NCBI GenBank assembly: GCA_013115125.1 | Contig: JABANN010000335.1 | Coordinates: forward strand, 1-38,065 | From: Perkinsus olseni | Lineage: Eukaryota | Reading direction: 5' to 3' | DNA: 38,065 nt | Shown here: one piece after another, positions 22,723-35,000 of the stretch | How the letters are laid out: each line of letters starts with the position of its first letter | Numbering within the stretch: the stretch's first letter is position 1 | Notes under the pieces: generated by a model | What the model saw: only the letters and a program-made list of their open reading frames with translations | Databases searched by the model: none | What the model was told of the DNA's origin: nothing | Program-made: the position numbers and the translations under genes

Positions 22723-23567
22723 TCACTGTTTCTCGTCAGGACCTCTCTTCCTCACGATAGAGACTCCATCACAGATACATAGCATAGAATTCTCTACGCG
22801 ATCGTCAAGCATTATTTTCTTATTCAACCTGTCTATAGCTGACCCGTCTGCGTGTTGCCCATCGAGAACGGTTCCATGGAAGAAGGTATTATCAACAGCG
22901 ATAATACCCGTGGTAGGCTTGGCCAGCTTCAGAGCTAACTCATAATAGGTATCATAATCGGTTTTATTGGCATCAATGAATATGAAGTCGAAGGTGTTGG
23001 CAGCATCTTCGTCCTCGATCAACTTCTTCATACCAGCCACCGCGTTACCAATCCTTATCTCAATACGATCAGCAACGCCGAGTTCTCGCCAAAAGTCCTC
23101 AGCCTTCACTTCATCCAAAAACTCTTTACAAATATCCAGTCCGATGACTTTGCCGTCCTCACCAACACCTTGAGCAAGATACGCCGTGGTGGAGCCACGG
23201 AAGACACCTACCTGAGCAAGTTTGAGTGACACAGAACGAAAGAAACCGCCAGCTTGATTCGATGCGTTGCTCACCTCGAGAGCCTTTTTGGCTCCCATAG
23301 CCCGCAGAAATAGGCTAAAGAACTGCGCTTCATCGGGCCCACCAGCCATCACAGCCTGATCCCTCGAGGCAATCCTATCGTAGAACTGACGTTGTAGATC
23401 GGTTGCCCTGGAAGTGAGAGGCAGGGTATAGACGAAGCGAGAGCTGGTGTATGAAGAACCTCCTTCTTGTTGTGCTACCTAATCGAGTTGTCGTAATAAT
23501 ATTGAGTCAACTCGGGATGCTTGGCTATAGTGGGAGGACCAGCTGATTTGAGTTCTTGAGTGCGCAT
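22723..23567 (-). CDS. SAM-dependent O-methyltransferase, caffeoyl-CoA OMT / COMTD1 type (Methyltransf_3)
   Basis: ATG 23567 (MRTQELK). GPDEAQF, AKKALE-VGVFRGST (SAM motif split by intron 23274-23212), FDFIFIDANKTDY and GIIAVDNT metal-binding motifs. Confidence 0.9.
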
Positions 23568-24017
23568 ACTCGAACGTGGAGAATACAGGAAAGAGAGACC
23601 TACAGTTGTGGCACGGCCGTGAGATATGCCCAACGCCCAACATCTCGCTTCTTGTGCATCCCCATCGGACTTCCCCGGCACGCGTGCATCCGAGACCCTT
23701 CAATGAGGAATATTGGCTAGTAATCGTCCCAAAGTTACTCGAGGTCGCGGACGAAAGGCTAGGATTTTAGTGACCGATACATTCCGTTTTTCGGGGGGAA
23801 AACCAAGGTAGTCCGCTGCAGGAGACAGCTGTGTGTGCGTACGAAGCCACATGTGGAGGGACACGATGCTGCGTATTCAATGCACTTAATCTAACGCAGC
23901 ACAAACGACAGGACCAAGATCGGGATTACATAACAACAACATCGATAATCATCATCATCGCACCACAACATGTATGTATCGCATCGCCAAGGACGCGATA
24001 GCGCTAGTGTTGGCATG

Positions 24018-25617
24018 CTAGTCCCGCCGACTAGACTTCTTCGAATGCCGTCTGCACTTGCGGCAAAGCACTTTTCTGCCATCCGTTGACGGCACGTCAG
24101 CTTGTTTGAGCTCATCGGCTTGTTGGCCCTGCTGTTGCAGTAGCTCGGGTGTGACCGCCTCTGTTGCAGACTTCGCCTCTTTATCATCGTCAGCTCCCAT
24201 CGAGTTCTCTTGCTGAGCCTGTTTGGTCTTCTTTGATCCTATCTTCGTACAATGGTCATCATCAGCCTTGAGCGGTACCTGAGGGACAGTATACTACTGC
24301 ATTCGGAACACACGAATAGGTGAGCCTAGAGCTTCGAGGGCGGGGATACTCCGAATCACCCCGCCCGCAAGATTCAACGGTTGCAACATGCACGCACGAC
24401 CAGCAAACACGTTCTGCGCGCAGCGCACACTATCAGTCCCAAAACCCGTTGGGCACCTTGCCGGCCGACAACATCCGATAGGCTCCCAATATCAAAGGCC
24501 TCGCCGGGGCGGAAGGAGTGATTTCGTTGCTTGCTGCATCGTGAAGCATGTCTGGAAGACTTGCGTTTCGTTTAATAGGGTGCAGCACTGTTTGGAAATC
24601 ATGGTTGAACTGATGAAGTTGCCCGTCCTTAGTTGATCCACCTCCACAAGGTGATACCACGTGGACCTCCCTGAGAGAGAATTGAGAGCCACCACAGCAG
24701 TAGGAGGGGATATGCAGGGACCGGAAGACGGCCAGTGACGAGCCGACCTTACTCAGTGATCCTAGGGAGCGATTCCACACCAATAGGCGTAGCCATTGTT
24801 GGAGCCTTGGTTGCTGCCAACAGCCGAGCCTTGGCTGTGCTTCTCTTTTTCTTCTGTGAGTAGTTCTCACAACATGCAGCCGCCAGAGGATGACCATCGA
24901 ATTTGGTGACCAAGTTGTTGCACAGGTCCACCGTCGATCCCCGGCTAAGGGTACTCATGTTTGAGACAGATCGAGCAGGAGCTCTATCGCCGCTTGGTTT
25001 ACGGAATATCTGAGGCGAGCACGACAGCTCGCTACGGTATAACATCGTGGTATGCAATCCCCTCAATAAATCAGTCGCTCGATATATGGCAGGAAGTATG
25101 ACTTGATCTTTATTGCAGGTAAACTGAATCGCATGACCCTGTCAGCCGGATCTCGTTCGCGCTATTACAGCGGAAGCATTTCTATTCAATGCTATATGTG
25201 CACAATAACGGGCCATCCCTTCTTCCACCGAGAAACATGGTATGCAGAACCGCCCCAAGGTGGCGAACACGTTGATAGATGAAGCGGCAGCATTGCACGT
25301 CTACGGGGGGGTTGGGGTACTCCCTCGTGCTCACCGTGTGCTGCTCGCCTGGTAGTCCAATGACACATCTAGCCAAAGCTGCTTTCCTAGTGAATCCTCC
25401 AATGGGCCAACCACAGAATCTAGGCTTCCACAACCCGCCTTGTCCAACAACCTCTTCCCTAAATATTGAAATACTCTCAGCTGTGTTGATGGACATGGGC
25501 CTACCTCTCAGCCAGGTCGTTGAAATTGACAGAGTTTAGAGGCTCATGGCCCTCCGTCAACGATCCTCCGAAATTGGAAGCGCCCAGGTGAAGCTGCAGA
25601 GACTTGCGATAAGCCAT
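24018..25617 (-). CDS. Multi-exon hypothetical protein
   Basis: ATG 25617 (MAYRKSLQLHL). GT-AG introns join LAER-GKRLLDKAG and YQASST-RRAMLPL. Last exon ends CRKCRRHSKKSSRRD*. Internal structure is incomplete. Confidence 0.55.
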
Positions 25618-25794
25618 TTTAAGAAGATGACAGTCTTTGATGTAATAATTCGTCGGACTGATCGAACCCGTGGTTTGGTGGCCCCTCGAGACTAGACAAC
25701 TCGGAACTCCCGCTCTGTGACGATACTGACGAACTGGGGTGGTTACTCATACCACGATACGATTGAGACCATAACAAGAACCCCTACAGTAGTA

Positions 25795-26747
25795 ATGGTG
25801 AGCAATGGTGAGAGTAAACGGCCGCGGATACGTTCACAGACACTCATTCCCCTTAAGGGCGGGGTAAACAGATCGTGCGATCGATAGGAAGACAACAGCT
25901 ATCATCAGATCTTGCGCACTTCAGCATCTTTCCATAACAGTCTTCATATCGCGATGCGCACAATCCATAATATCGATCGTAATGGCGCGCGCAATTATTC
26001 AGCGCAGTTCGTGCGGACGTGTTCAAGTTGTAGGGATAACTCTAAAATCACATTGAATATACTTCCGTGCAGTCAACTCATCTCGTGTATCGACAGCTAT
26101 GTGAGGACTCCTCAATGGCGCGTAATAGAATATCCAAGTTGGAGACTCTAACCCCATTGCAGATTTGATAGTGATGAATGAAAAATCCGAGAATGCAGTT
26201 CTACTCGTGGAGTTGCGGACTTTTGGTTCGTAGGGAGGGGTTGTTTCTTCGTCCGACTGCCTGTCAGTGAGAGACTCCCGTTAATTGATCCAACGTAATA
26301 TATCCTTCGTCTGAGTCAACTCTAACTTGTGATCTGGGTCTCCAGCTGGGCTGACTTCTTTCAGACACTGGGAGCTGCTATAGACGATCCGACGTATTAC
26401 CGCTGAGCGTGCAGCTGAATATACCTATCACGCTTCGGCACAATATCTGCTCGTATTCACGAAGCCAACGCTTGTTCGACGACCGAATCGCTCCAGCCAA
26501 CAGGATGATCCTCTGGGTTTCGTTTTTCCGACAACCATGGTCAACCAGTACACCCCAACTGAGACTATATGCTTCGATGTCATACTCAATGAACCCGGGC
26601 TGTGGTTTCCTGGTGTAACTAGCTGTCGTGTTGAGTCGTACATCAATATTTCGGCGTCTGTGTGCTCAACGCAGAGGGAAGACCGACAATGGAGGTTTAC
26701 CCATGCCTATAGTTCTTGGAAACCTTCCTTGCTGTGATGCTGAGTAA
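25795..26747 (+). CDS. Possible small multi-exon hypothetical gene
   Basis: Short plausible exons flanked by GT/AG (NEKSENAVLLVELRTF, WADFFQTLGAAIDDP, YTPTETICFDVILNEPGLW). No family recognised and boundaries are uncertain. Confidence 0.3.
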
Positions 26748-28460
26748 TGGCTACCGCGTTCATTCGAGCCCTCCTCGTCGACCGCCACCGCCGGCTCCGT
26801 CTACAGTCAATCCTCCCAGAGGGTACCAGACCGATACCTACAGCCGTCGGGATATGGGACAAGCTTTCCCTGATCGTAACGAGTACGATCATGGTAGCGT
26901 CTCCTCGGTGAGCATCATGTCGAGCCCTCCCGTGAACGATATGAGGGGTATGGAATCGGCTCCACGGCGTGGTGCCTCTGAGCCATATCGACAATTCGAG
27001 GCTGGGAGTTACGCTAACGGATTGATGGGGGATAGAGGTAAGGGTGACAGCGGGGGAGTCTAAAGTTATTCGGAACGCCAGCTGTTGCTCATTGATTCAT
27101 CCCGAATCATCGATATCTAGCTCAGAGGATAGGGAATGGCCCACTCAGTTCCTTACACTTCGGGGCAAGGAATCGCCTACCACCATCGTAGAGGCCCGGC
27201 CTACATGGAACAGGTACAACCAGCAGATTGTTCGGCGTTCCAATGCAGCGCATTCCGACTTAGGTCGCAGGGACTCTGGACGAGCGATACCCCGACATGC
27301 GTGGTCTTTACCATACCGCACTCTCACATGATCACTACCGTTCCGCGGACGCTCTCACCGACAGGGTAGCTGAGTATCATCTCCAACCTCGGGGCTTCAC
27401 TGGGAGGGCTGTGGCTGGTGGCTATGAGGTGCTACGACAAGAGCCCGTAGCGTCCTCGTACCAGAGGACGGGTCTGGAGAATAGCTCGAGGCGGAGTAAT
27501 GAGTTGCCAGCCACCGTCCGGAGGAAGGTAGAGGAAGATCCCTACGCATCTTCCCTCAAATACCAGGGTGAGCCCGACGGTGAAACGGATCCAGCCTTGA
27601 GGAACGGCTTCGATGATCGAGGAGAGGATGATGATAATGATGTCGACGATGGACGTGGTGATGCCTCTCACGTGAGCTGTTTCCCTCTGGGTTGGTCTAT
27701 TGCGACAAGGCTGATACCGTCTGGAGCCGTCAAGCGAGAATATGACATGTCAAGCAGCAGGCCAGGGTCGTCAGTCGATAGAGTCCGCCACGAGGCTATC
27801 AGATTCTTTCAAGTACTGATGTCTCCTGAGTCCCCTCACTTCCAGTTTACGGGAGATGGGTGGACCTTGAATGGCTTTATGTATCGCCTTACTAGAGATG
27901 ATGATGTTGGAGTGGTGGTACGACAGGTGGACGACGACAGCAAAGACTCCGATGGTGAGGGGGCTGCCCGAATACTTCTGAGTGTGATAACAAGAGATTC
28001 TAAGATGGAGAGAGGTCCATCGCCGAAGATGTTATCTGCGATTGATGCATGGGACTATGCCCTTCGACAGCTCGTTAATGGAGCTAGAGCACCCACGGTA
28101 GGCAGTCTCCCGGTGGTGTTGATACCATGGTTCAAGAATACTCCTGGTGTGTAACCATTGCTAGTTTTGACTCTCTATCAGGTACGGTCGGAGCGTAATG
28201 GAGCCTTCCGTATTTACCTGGATCAATACTACTTCCCCGGTATACCCGCCAGTGCTCTCCCGCCATGGACCAAGCTTAGCCGACCACCCAGTTCGGATCA
28301 ACCTGAGTATCTCACTACACGACAACTCACAGTTCCCGACCATATTCCAGCCCCTGCTGTAACAAATCCCCCTGGCGCCGGAACGTTCGTGAGGCTGGGT
28401 GTTAGTGATGCTCCCGGAGCATCTAGCTACGATGAGTACAAGGTGTGGTATGAAAAGTGA
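26737..28460 (+). CDS. Multi-exon hypothetical protein, low-complexity N-terminus and globular C-terminus
   Basis: Long plus-strand frames 26716-27063, 27297-28154 and 28158-28460 joined by intron-like gaps. Ends YDEYKVWYEK*. Confidence 0.6.
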
Positions 28461-29059
28461 TTGGCATTGGTGATAGTTTCAGTGTGTTACATGTTGAGCC
28501 AACTGTAGCCGTTCAGGTCTCGTGGTCCTCGTCTTGAGCCCATGTCTGGTGCTTGCTCTGCCGCTTCTCTGAGTCTCGTTATGCTCTCCGTTACGTACAC
28601 ACAATCACCGTTGAACCTGAGGTAGAGGGGACAGAGCCCATTCTACTACCTGCATCACTGCAGTGTCGTCAGGATGCGCCCTATGAAAATTGATCACTTT
28701 TAAGCCACAACGTGACGAAGGATATAACCCGCTCTCTCAGGGGTCCTATGGTGACAGTAGCAGGTTTGGTATCTCCTCGGTGATTGTCTCCCACTTACTA
28801 TATGTGCCTGTTTCATGTCACAGTTGTTGTTGGGTTCTCGGAATACCCCAACGCTGTGTCAATTTATGAATCCTGGAGTGACTACAACGAGGAGGACTTC
28901 AGTGGAGTCCTCCTCGACAAATAATACAAAAATACAAAATTTGTATCCTTGTATTATTCGCACTAGTGAGAGTGCGACTCATCTCAGTACGATTCGTGGA
29001 TTACAAATAAATAATACAAGACTGCCTATCTTGAACTACGAGCAGTTTTATTGAATAGC

Positions 29060-32000
29060 ATGACGGCTCCTCAAAATTCAGCAGAATTATCCGCTGAAAG
29101 CTCCGGAACATTGAACCCTACAGATGAGCCCGCTCACTATGTCTGGCAGGTGACGCATCCTTGGGTATCCTTCATGGTTGATCTCAGCCGATTTAGGTGC
29201 CAGAATACCCGAAGGTTGATAGATTGGACGGAGTCAAGAGATGCTACGTTACTGAGATTAGAGTGAACAACTTCAAATCGTATCATGGCGAGCATGTGTA
29301 AGGACCACCACCACCTAGGTAATCATCTTATCTCCAGCTTCTCTCAGGATACCTCTTACCATACCAGCGATTCCATTGATCACACAGAGCTCATCCACTG
29401 GTGACGATCGATCTGCTAATGAAGAAAGAGTGCCTCTCGCTCTGACGGGTGTCATAGGCCCTAATGGGAGTGGCAAAAGTGAGTTCGTACTCTGCCGCTC
29501 CCTCCTAGAGTGGTCCTCAGGCAACCTTCTCGATGCGGTGTGTTTCTGTCTATGTGTGGGAGCAAAAAGGCTTCGCAATGATCGGCTTAGAAGCCTTGTT
29601 AATAGTAACCGTACTATGGAGTCACAGGGGGACTGCACAGCCAGTGCATCCCTCACAGTGAGGATTGAGAGGGAGCTGCCACCAGGGGAGGGAGATGCTT
29701 CGATGTAGGGTTAACAACTGCAGTGTGTCCCTCTTCCTGTTGGCCCCTGCTGGTGTATGCACTGGCCCTTGTCCATTCAGGGAACATACCATAGTCTCGC
29801 ATACCACCTTTACCCGATCGGTTACCATAAAATCTGCGGATAATAACCCTGACCGGGGTGCGGATGACGAGACGCACCGTAATGACGATCGCGGTGCGGC
29901 AGGGGCGGCGGTCGGCTCCGTCTATCGGGTCAATGATAGGGCATGCACGCAGGCACAGTACAAGGAGGAACTCTCCAAGTAGTGGATTACTCTAGTATAT
30001 GACTTAACCCTTATCCATGCTCAGACACCATCTCGACGCCGATGCCTCGTTCTTTCTCGTGTTACAGGGCCAAATAGACAAGTTGCTCTCAAAGGATGAT
30101 GTATGCTAGCAGCACTCCTCATTGTGGTCGAGCACCTGGCTGACAGTGCCTCACTTGTGTAGCTTTAGGCGATGTCTATTACGAAGGCTATCGAATCGGC
30201 ATCGGGATCCTGGCGATACCGCAAGGATTATGATATTGTAGCCAAGAAGAAGGAGCATGCTCAGGACAATGTCACTAGGCTCACCGCTAAAAGGAAGCAG
30301 AGTAGATATCCTTCTACCCCTGCAGCTACAATGTACCCTAATGCTGCTTTAGTCAATCAAGAGCTCAATGCCTTGGCAGCTCAAGTACAGGAAGCGGACC
30401 GGTATAGGGACAAGAGGGCCGAGTTGGAGAGGAAGCAACTCGATAAGGTCACATACAGCCTATATGAAATTGAGAAGGTGGGGGGTCGTTACTTGATGAC
30501 CATCCTCTGATTTGTGGACTTCTTCAATAGGAGGCAGACGCCTTACTGGAATCCAGTGAAGGGTTACTGGAGAGTTATGAGGATGCTAAAGCAGCAGTAC
30601 AAGAAGCGAAGAGAAAGGAAAATGCCGCGGGAGAGGAGACGAAACTCTTGGCTGAGGAACATAAGCGCCTTCAGAACAGGTGACAATGAGTGTGTTGCCT
30701 GGCCGCTAGGAGAGAGTGGAGGCTATGGGCATCCTAGTATCTCATCTCGAAGTGCTTTGTTGGTTGTAGCCTGGAGAAGGTGCGGAAGAAGCAGGGGGAA
30801 GCGGAGATCACGGCGGCGGAATTGAGAGGGAGGAAGAAACAGCTTGTGAGCATCATCGGTCTGTAGTAGGGTTTGTATTCACCTCACGAACCGTACAGCA
30901 CGTCATTCTAAGAGGAAATTGAGAGTCACGCCGTTCTCCATCTTAGACAGTCAACGAAGCAAAGGCTGCAGCGGGGTTAACTGTTACCCGGGAGAAGCTA
31001 CAGAGCTTAGAAGAGAGGCTGCAGAATATTGATGATGAATCCGCCGAGGTCGGGAATAGTAGCGAGTTGGTGATGACAGTCAGTTGTTCAGATCGAAGCC
31101 TGTTTGGAAGCCTTGGCCGTCCGTCGGGATACGATAGATGATGAGATCGGTGGCGGCGTATTGACCGAGGAAATAGTCGAGGAGTGTGGGCGGATCAGCG
31201 AGACAGCTCAGGAAGTTGCTGGTAGGGCTCATGCTGTCTCGACGAGTTCACCAATTGAGCTTACCATTTCTGTCGCCACCATTGTTCTAGTGTGCTCGCG
31301 AGTACTGTTTCTCAGCCTCTATTGAGAGCTCCATTCGAGTAAGTAGGGAGCAGAGAATCTTGTTGGACCAATACATTGACGAGACGAAGGCAACGATCAC
31401 ACGCTTGGAGGAAACCCAGGGCATTAGACAGCGGGAGTCCCATGCTGCAGAGGCTGATATGAACGCCTTACGAGAGAAAATAAATGCAAGAGAGCTAGCC
31501 GTTGCAGAGGAGAGAAGGGAAAGAGGGGAGAGGAGAGAGGCTAAGAGCATGCTCAAGGAGCGGCTAGAGAAGACAAAGCAAGAACGCAGAGAGATCGTCG
31601 ATGAACTCTCGATAATGAGGGCTAATCATCGCGAGAGTGACAGGGCAGCTAAACTCAGGACCAATGTGAGTTCCCTGGGGGCCAGTACCCGTCTTCCCCC
31701 GCGACTTGGATCATGCTATATGGTGTCGCAGTTTGAATACTGATTCATGTCCTGGTGACGCCGGCTCTACCGCAGGTTGACCAACTCATTAAGGAAGGCC
31801 CAGTAGCGCGTCCCGACGCAAACTCGCTCAATTCGGCTGGGGGCGGTGATGGCCTGATCTTGGGGTTAGTATCGGATCTCGTACACCCATCACATAAGAA
31901 ATACTATCAAGCTATCCGAGCTGCTATCGGTCGGCAACACTTGGAGGCAGTTGTGGTGGGGAGTCGGAGGGATGCATTGGCCTGTATCCAATGGTTGAAG

Positions 32001-35000
32001 GAGAAGCAGGTTCCCCCAATGACATTCATTCCTCTCAAGGTAGGTCGCCGTTCTATTGGTGCCTCCTGCCCATTGGTCATGATTTTTCTTCAGGACATGG
32101 AGCTGCCGCCTCGCATGTTGTCAAAAGAAGATATACCACCGAACTCAGGTCTACGCCGTGCTGAAGACTGCGTCAAAGCTGCCAATCATGTAGTGGCAGG
32201 CTAATGGGGGCACCCTCGTTCATTTAACACCAGCGCTCTTGATAGGTGCCGTCTCACCTACAAGGATCCCATGCATCTCATAGAAGTATCATTGAGCTGA
32301 TCCAGAAGCTTCATAGATGGCTGTTGGGTAAAACCGTGGTAGCAGACTCTCTAGCCCAGGTACTGCTATAACTGATTCTCCAGTGCTCTCCACGGGGACT
32401 TCTCGGCCCTTCTCAGGCTCGTTCGGTATTATATCACAGTGGGCGAAGAAACGCTCCAGCAATGCCGTCTGGGATGAAGGTGGTTACCCTGGATGGAGAT
32501 AAGATCGCTAAAAATGGTAATATGAGCAATGGACAGGGTGCATTGCCTGGCGATAGCGGGGATGTTTGGGATGCTCAGCACGTAATACCGAGCTACTTGA
32601 TACTACTCATCGGCCATGTTTTTGCAACATCGTTAGGTTGACTCTATTAAAGCTGAGCTTGCACAGAAAGACGGAGAGATCGCTAGGATTGGAGAGGAAC
32701 TGAGGGGACTTACTGGCACTGATGGAGTGAGTGATGAGGCTGTTGGCGATGACGATGACCCAATGGACGCCAGCCTAGAGGTGAATAGTATTCTGTGTTG
32801 GTATGATGGGTGAGCTGGGCTCTCCGTGTATTCAGATGTCGCGGGTGGAGATGGGTTCCTTGGAGGAAATCAAACGGGTAGCGGATGAAGAGTAGGGATT
32901 TCTCTGGATAAAAGTGTGATAGTATGAATTCTTCGTCGCATTGCTCAGGGTCAATCGCCTTGGGGCCAGTATTGAAGCAAGTCGAGGTACTCTGGCTGAG
33001 CTGGAGGTGCAGCGGGATGAGGCTGTAAACCATCTGAGGGAGCTCGAGGAGGAACTCAGTGACAAGACCAAAAGCTTTTATGACGATATCAACAGGAGGG
33101 TCTTTGGAGAGGATGACGGCAGTGGGGGCGGCGATCGTACGCGGGATGTGGTAAGGCGTCTGCGATGGAATTGGTGGGTGCATCATGTGATTGGGCAGAT
33201 GTCGCTGATAAGAGAACGGAAGGAGGTACTGGATACTATCGAGGGAGAAGTATGCAAACTACGCCAACAGAGGGACACACTTCGGGGAAAGCGTGAAGCG
33301 TTAGAGGCCGACGTGAGTCAGATGCATCGTTTTACGGTGATCGTTAGCATACCACCTCAGTGCATTAGCATTGAGGATACCGCTCAAACTTGAGCTTGTG
33401 ATGAAAGTTCACAGCTCGGCTCTAGCGAGTTCGAACCCCGGTTAGGGTATGTTTTCCGAATTATGTGAGGTTCGCTAGCACGAGACAGCTTTGGCTGTTG
33501 GATCGCGGAGAGTGATTGTAGGTAGAATCCTGTTTTTCCTCGTGAAATACACATGCCATGTGCTTGCCAATAATATGCGTCTCTTGAGTGTAATCTGCAT
33601 ATTCGCGGGGAAAAATTTCGAACGAACGGACGGAAGTCCGAGAGCCGCAGAAGTGACAGTGTATGCTCCTAGCTTGGCTCGCTCTGCAATTTGATCGTTC
33701 AGTTGGATCGGGCGAGGGCAACGCTCACCTCTCAAGAATCGAATCTAGAGGAGCTACGCAGAGCCCTGGAGGAGATAATCGATGAAGAAAAAGCGATGGA
33801 GGCTGAGCTAGCAGCGGCAAGAGAGGCAGGGGAAGGAGCTGCAGAGGAGCTAGAGGCAAAGGTGGCAGAAGCAGCTGCCCGGAGGGAGCAAGCAGCTACT
33901 CGATGTAATAAGGCTGGTGGATGTCGATGAACTCCTACTCATGTGATATAACTGGTCTCGCAAGTCACCGCCTTAGTTCATGAAGCTGGCCAGCAATCGA
34001 AGGGCATTGTTGATCGGTGTAATGAATTGAAGGCGGCTGTAACCAAGGAGGAGCACAGATTACAGCAACTCAGATATCGTCATATGCAACTGGTGAGATT
34101 ATGGTAATGGGAGTGCATTGTAAAATATCGGAGCTAAGGTCTCCACCTGTCCGAAGACTTCGCTCCATTCCCTATATACATTCGTAGTGACAGTGTGTGC
34201 GATTCGTGCATGGTAATCGAGCAATCACTATAGATTGGGACGTCAGGTAAGATCTATCTTATCACAACCGAGGAATCAGCAGCAGCAGAGCGTATCCGTC
34301 ACACAAGAGGAAGAAGAGGAGGCGGCCGATAGACTTCCTTTTGAAAACGCTGCCGAGGTCTTGCCGTCACTGAAAAGGATCCTTTTTGGCCGGAGCGATA
34401 GTGATGAGGATGACAGCACACAGGATACTTTGGATGAATACGACGCTTTAGAGCTAAGGGTTGATGAAGGGGTGGTAGGGAGGATTCTATCAGAGAGTGC
34501 ATCGAGGCGAGGAGCCAGAGCAGGAGCCAGGGAGGTGGTTGCTGTGCTCGAAGATGAGATAGAAAGGCTTCAAGAGATAGTCACACACATGAAGCCCAAC
34601 CTCAGAGCATATGAGCGTAATGAGGAAATGACTAGGGTAAGATGGGGCCGTAGGGGTAGTTCTGGCCTGGATAATGCGGTACACGGATCCAGCACGTTGA
34701 ATGTCAGTGGCTTCACCGAATGCCCGCTTCTTGGTTAAAACGGAAGCCGTCAACATTTTGCCCAGGCACTTGGAGAAGCCACACGTAGCCTCGAGGCAGC
34801 TAAGCTGGAGGCCAGTGAAATTGGGCAGCATTTTGAAGCGTTGAAAAATGCACGGAAGGGCCGGTAGTGGGTTATCATCGATAGCGTGCTCAGTGGACAT
34901 TTGCTCTTCTCTAGATTTAACGAATGTTACGAGTTCGTCCGGGAGCGTGTCATGACTTACTACCGCCAATTGACGTCCCGGGCCGCATCTCATGATCGGA

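Noticed and set aside
24788-24806. Spliced-leader relic (CGTAGCCAT); also GGCTCAAG on the minus strand near 28535
   Set aside because: Only short partial matches, inside coding sequence or away from gene starts.
28488-28830. Small minus-strand gene between the hypothetical gene and SMC1
   Set aside because: Splice-like sites exist, but joining the exons gives in-frame stops. No consistent model.
32200-32246. Apparent GC-AG intron in SMC1 (also near 33912)
   Set aside because: Upstream canonical GT donors give the correct reading frame.
33424-33442. tRNA-like GTTCGAACC B-box
   Set aside because: No T-stem or cloverleaf on either strand.
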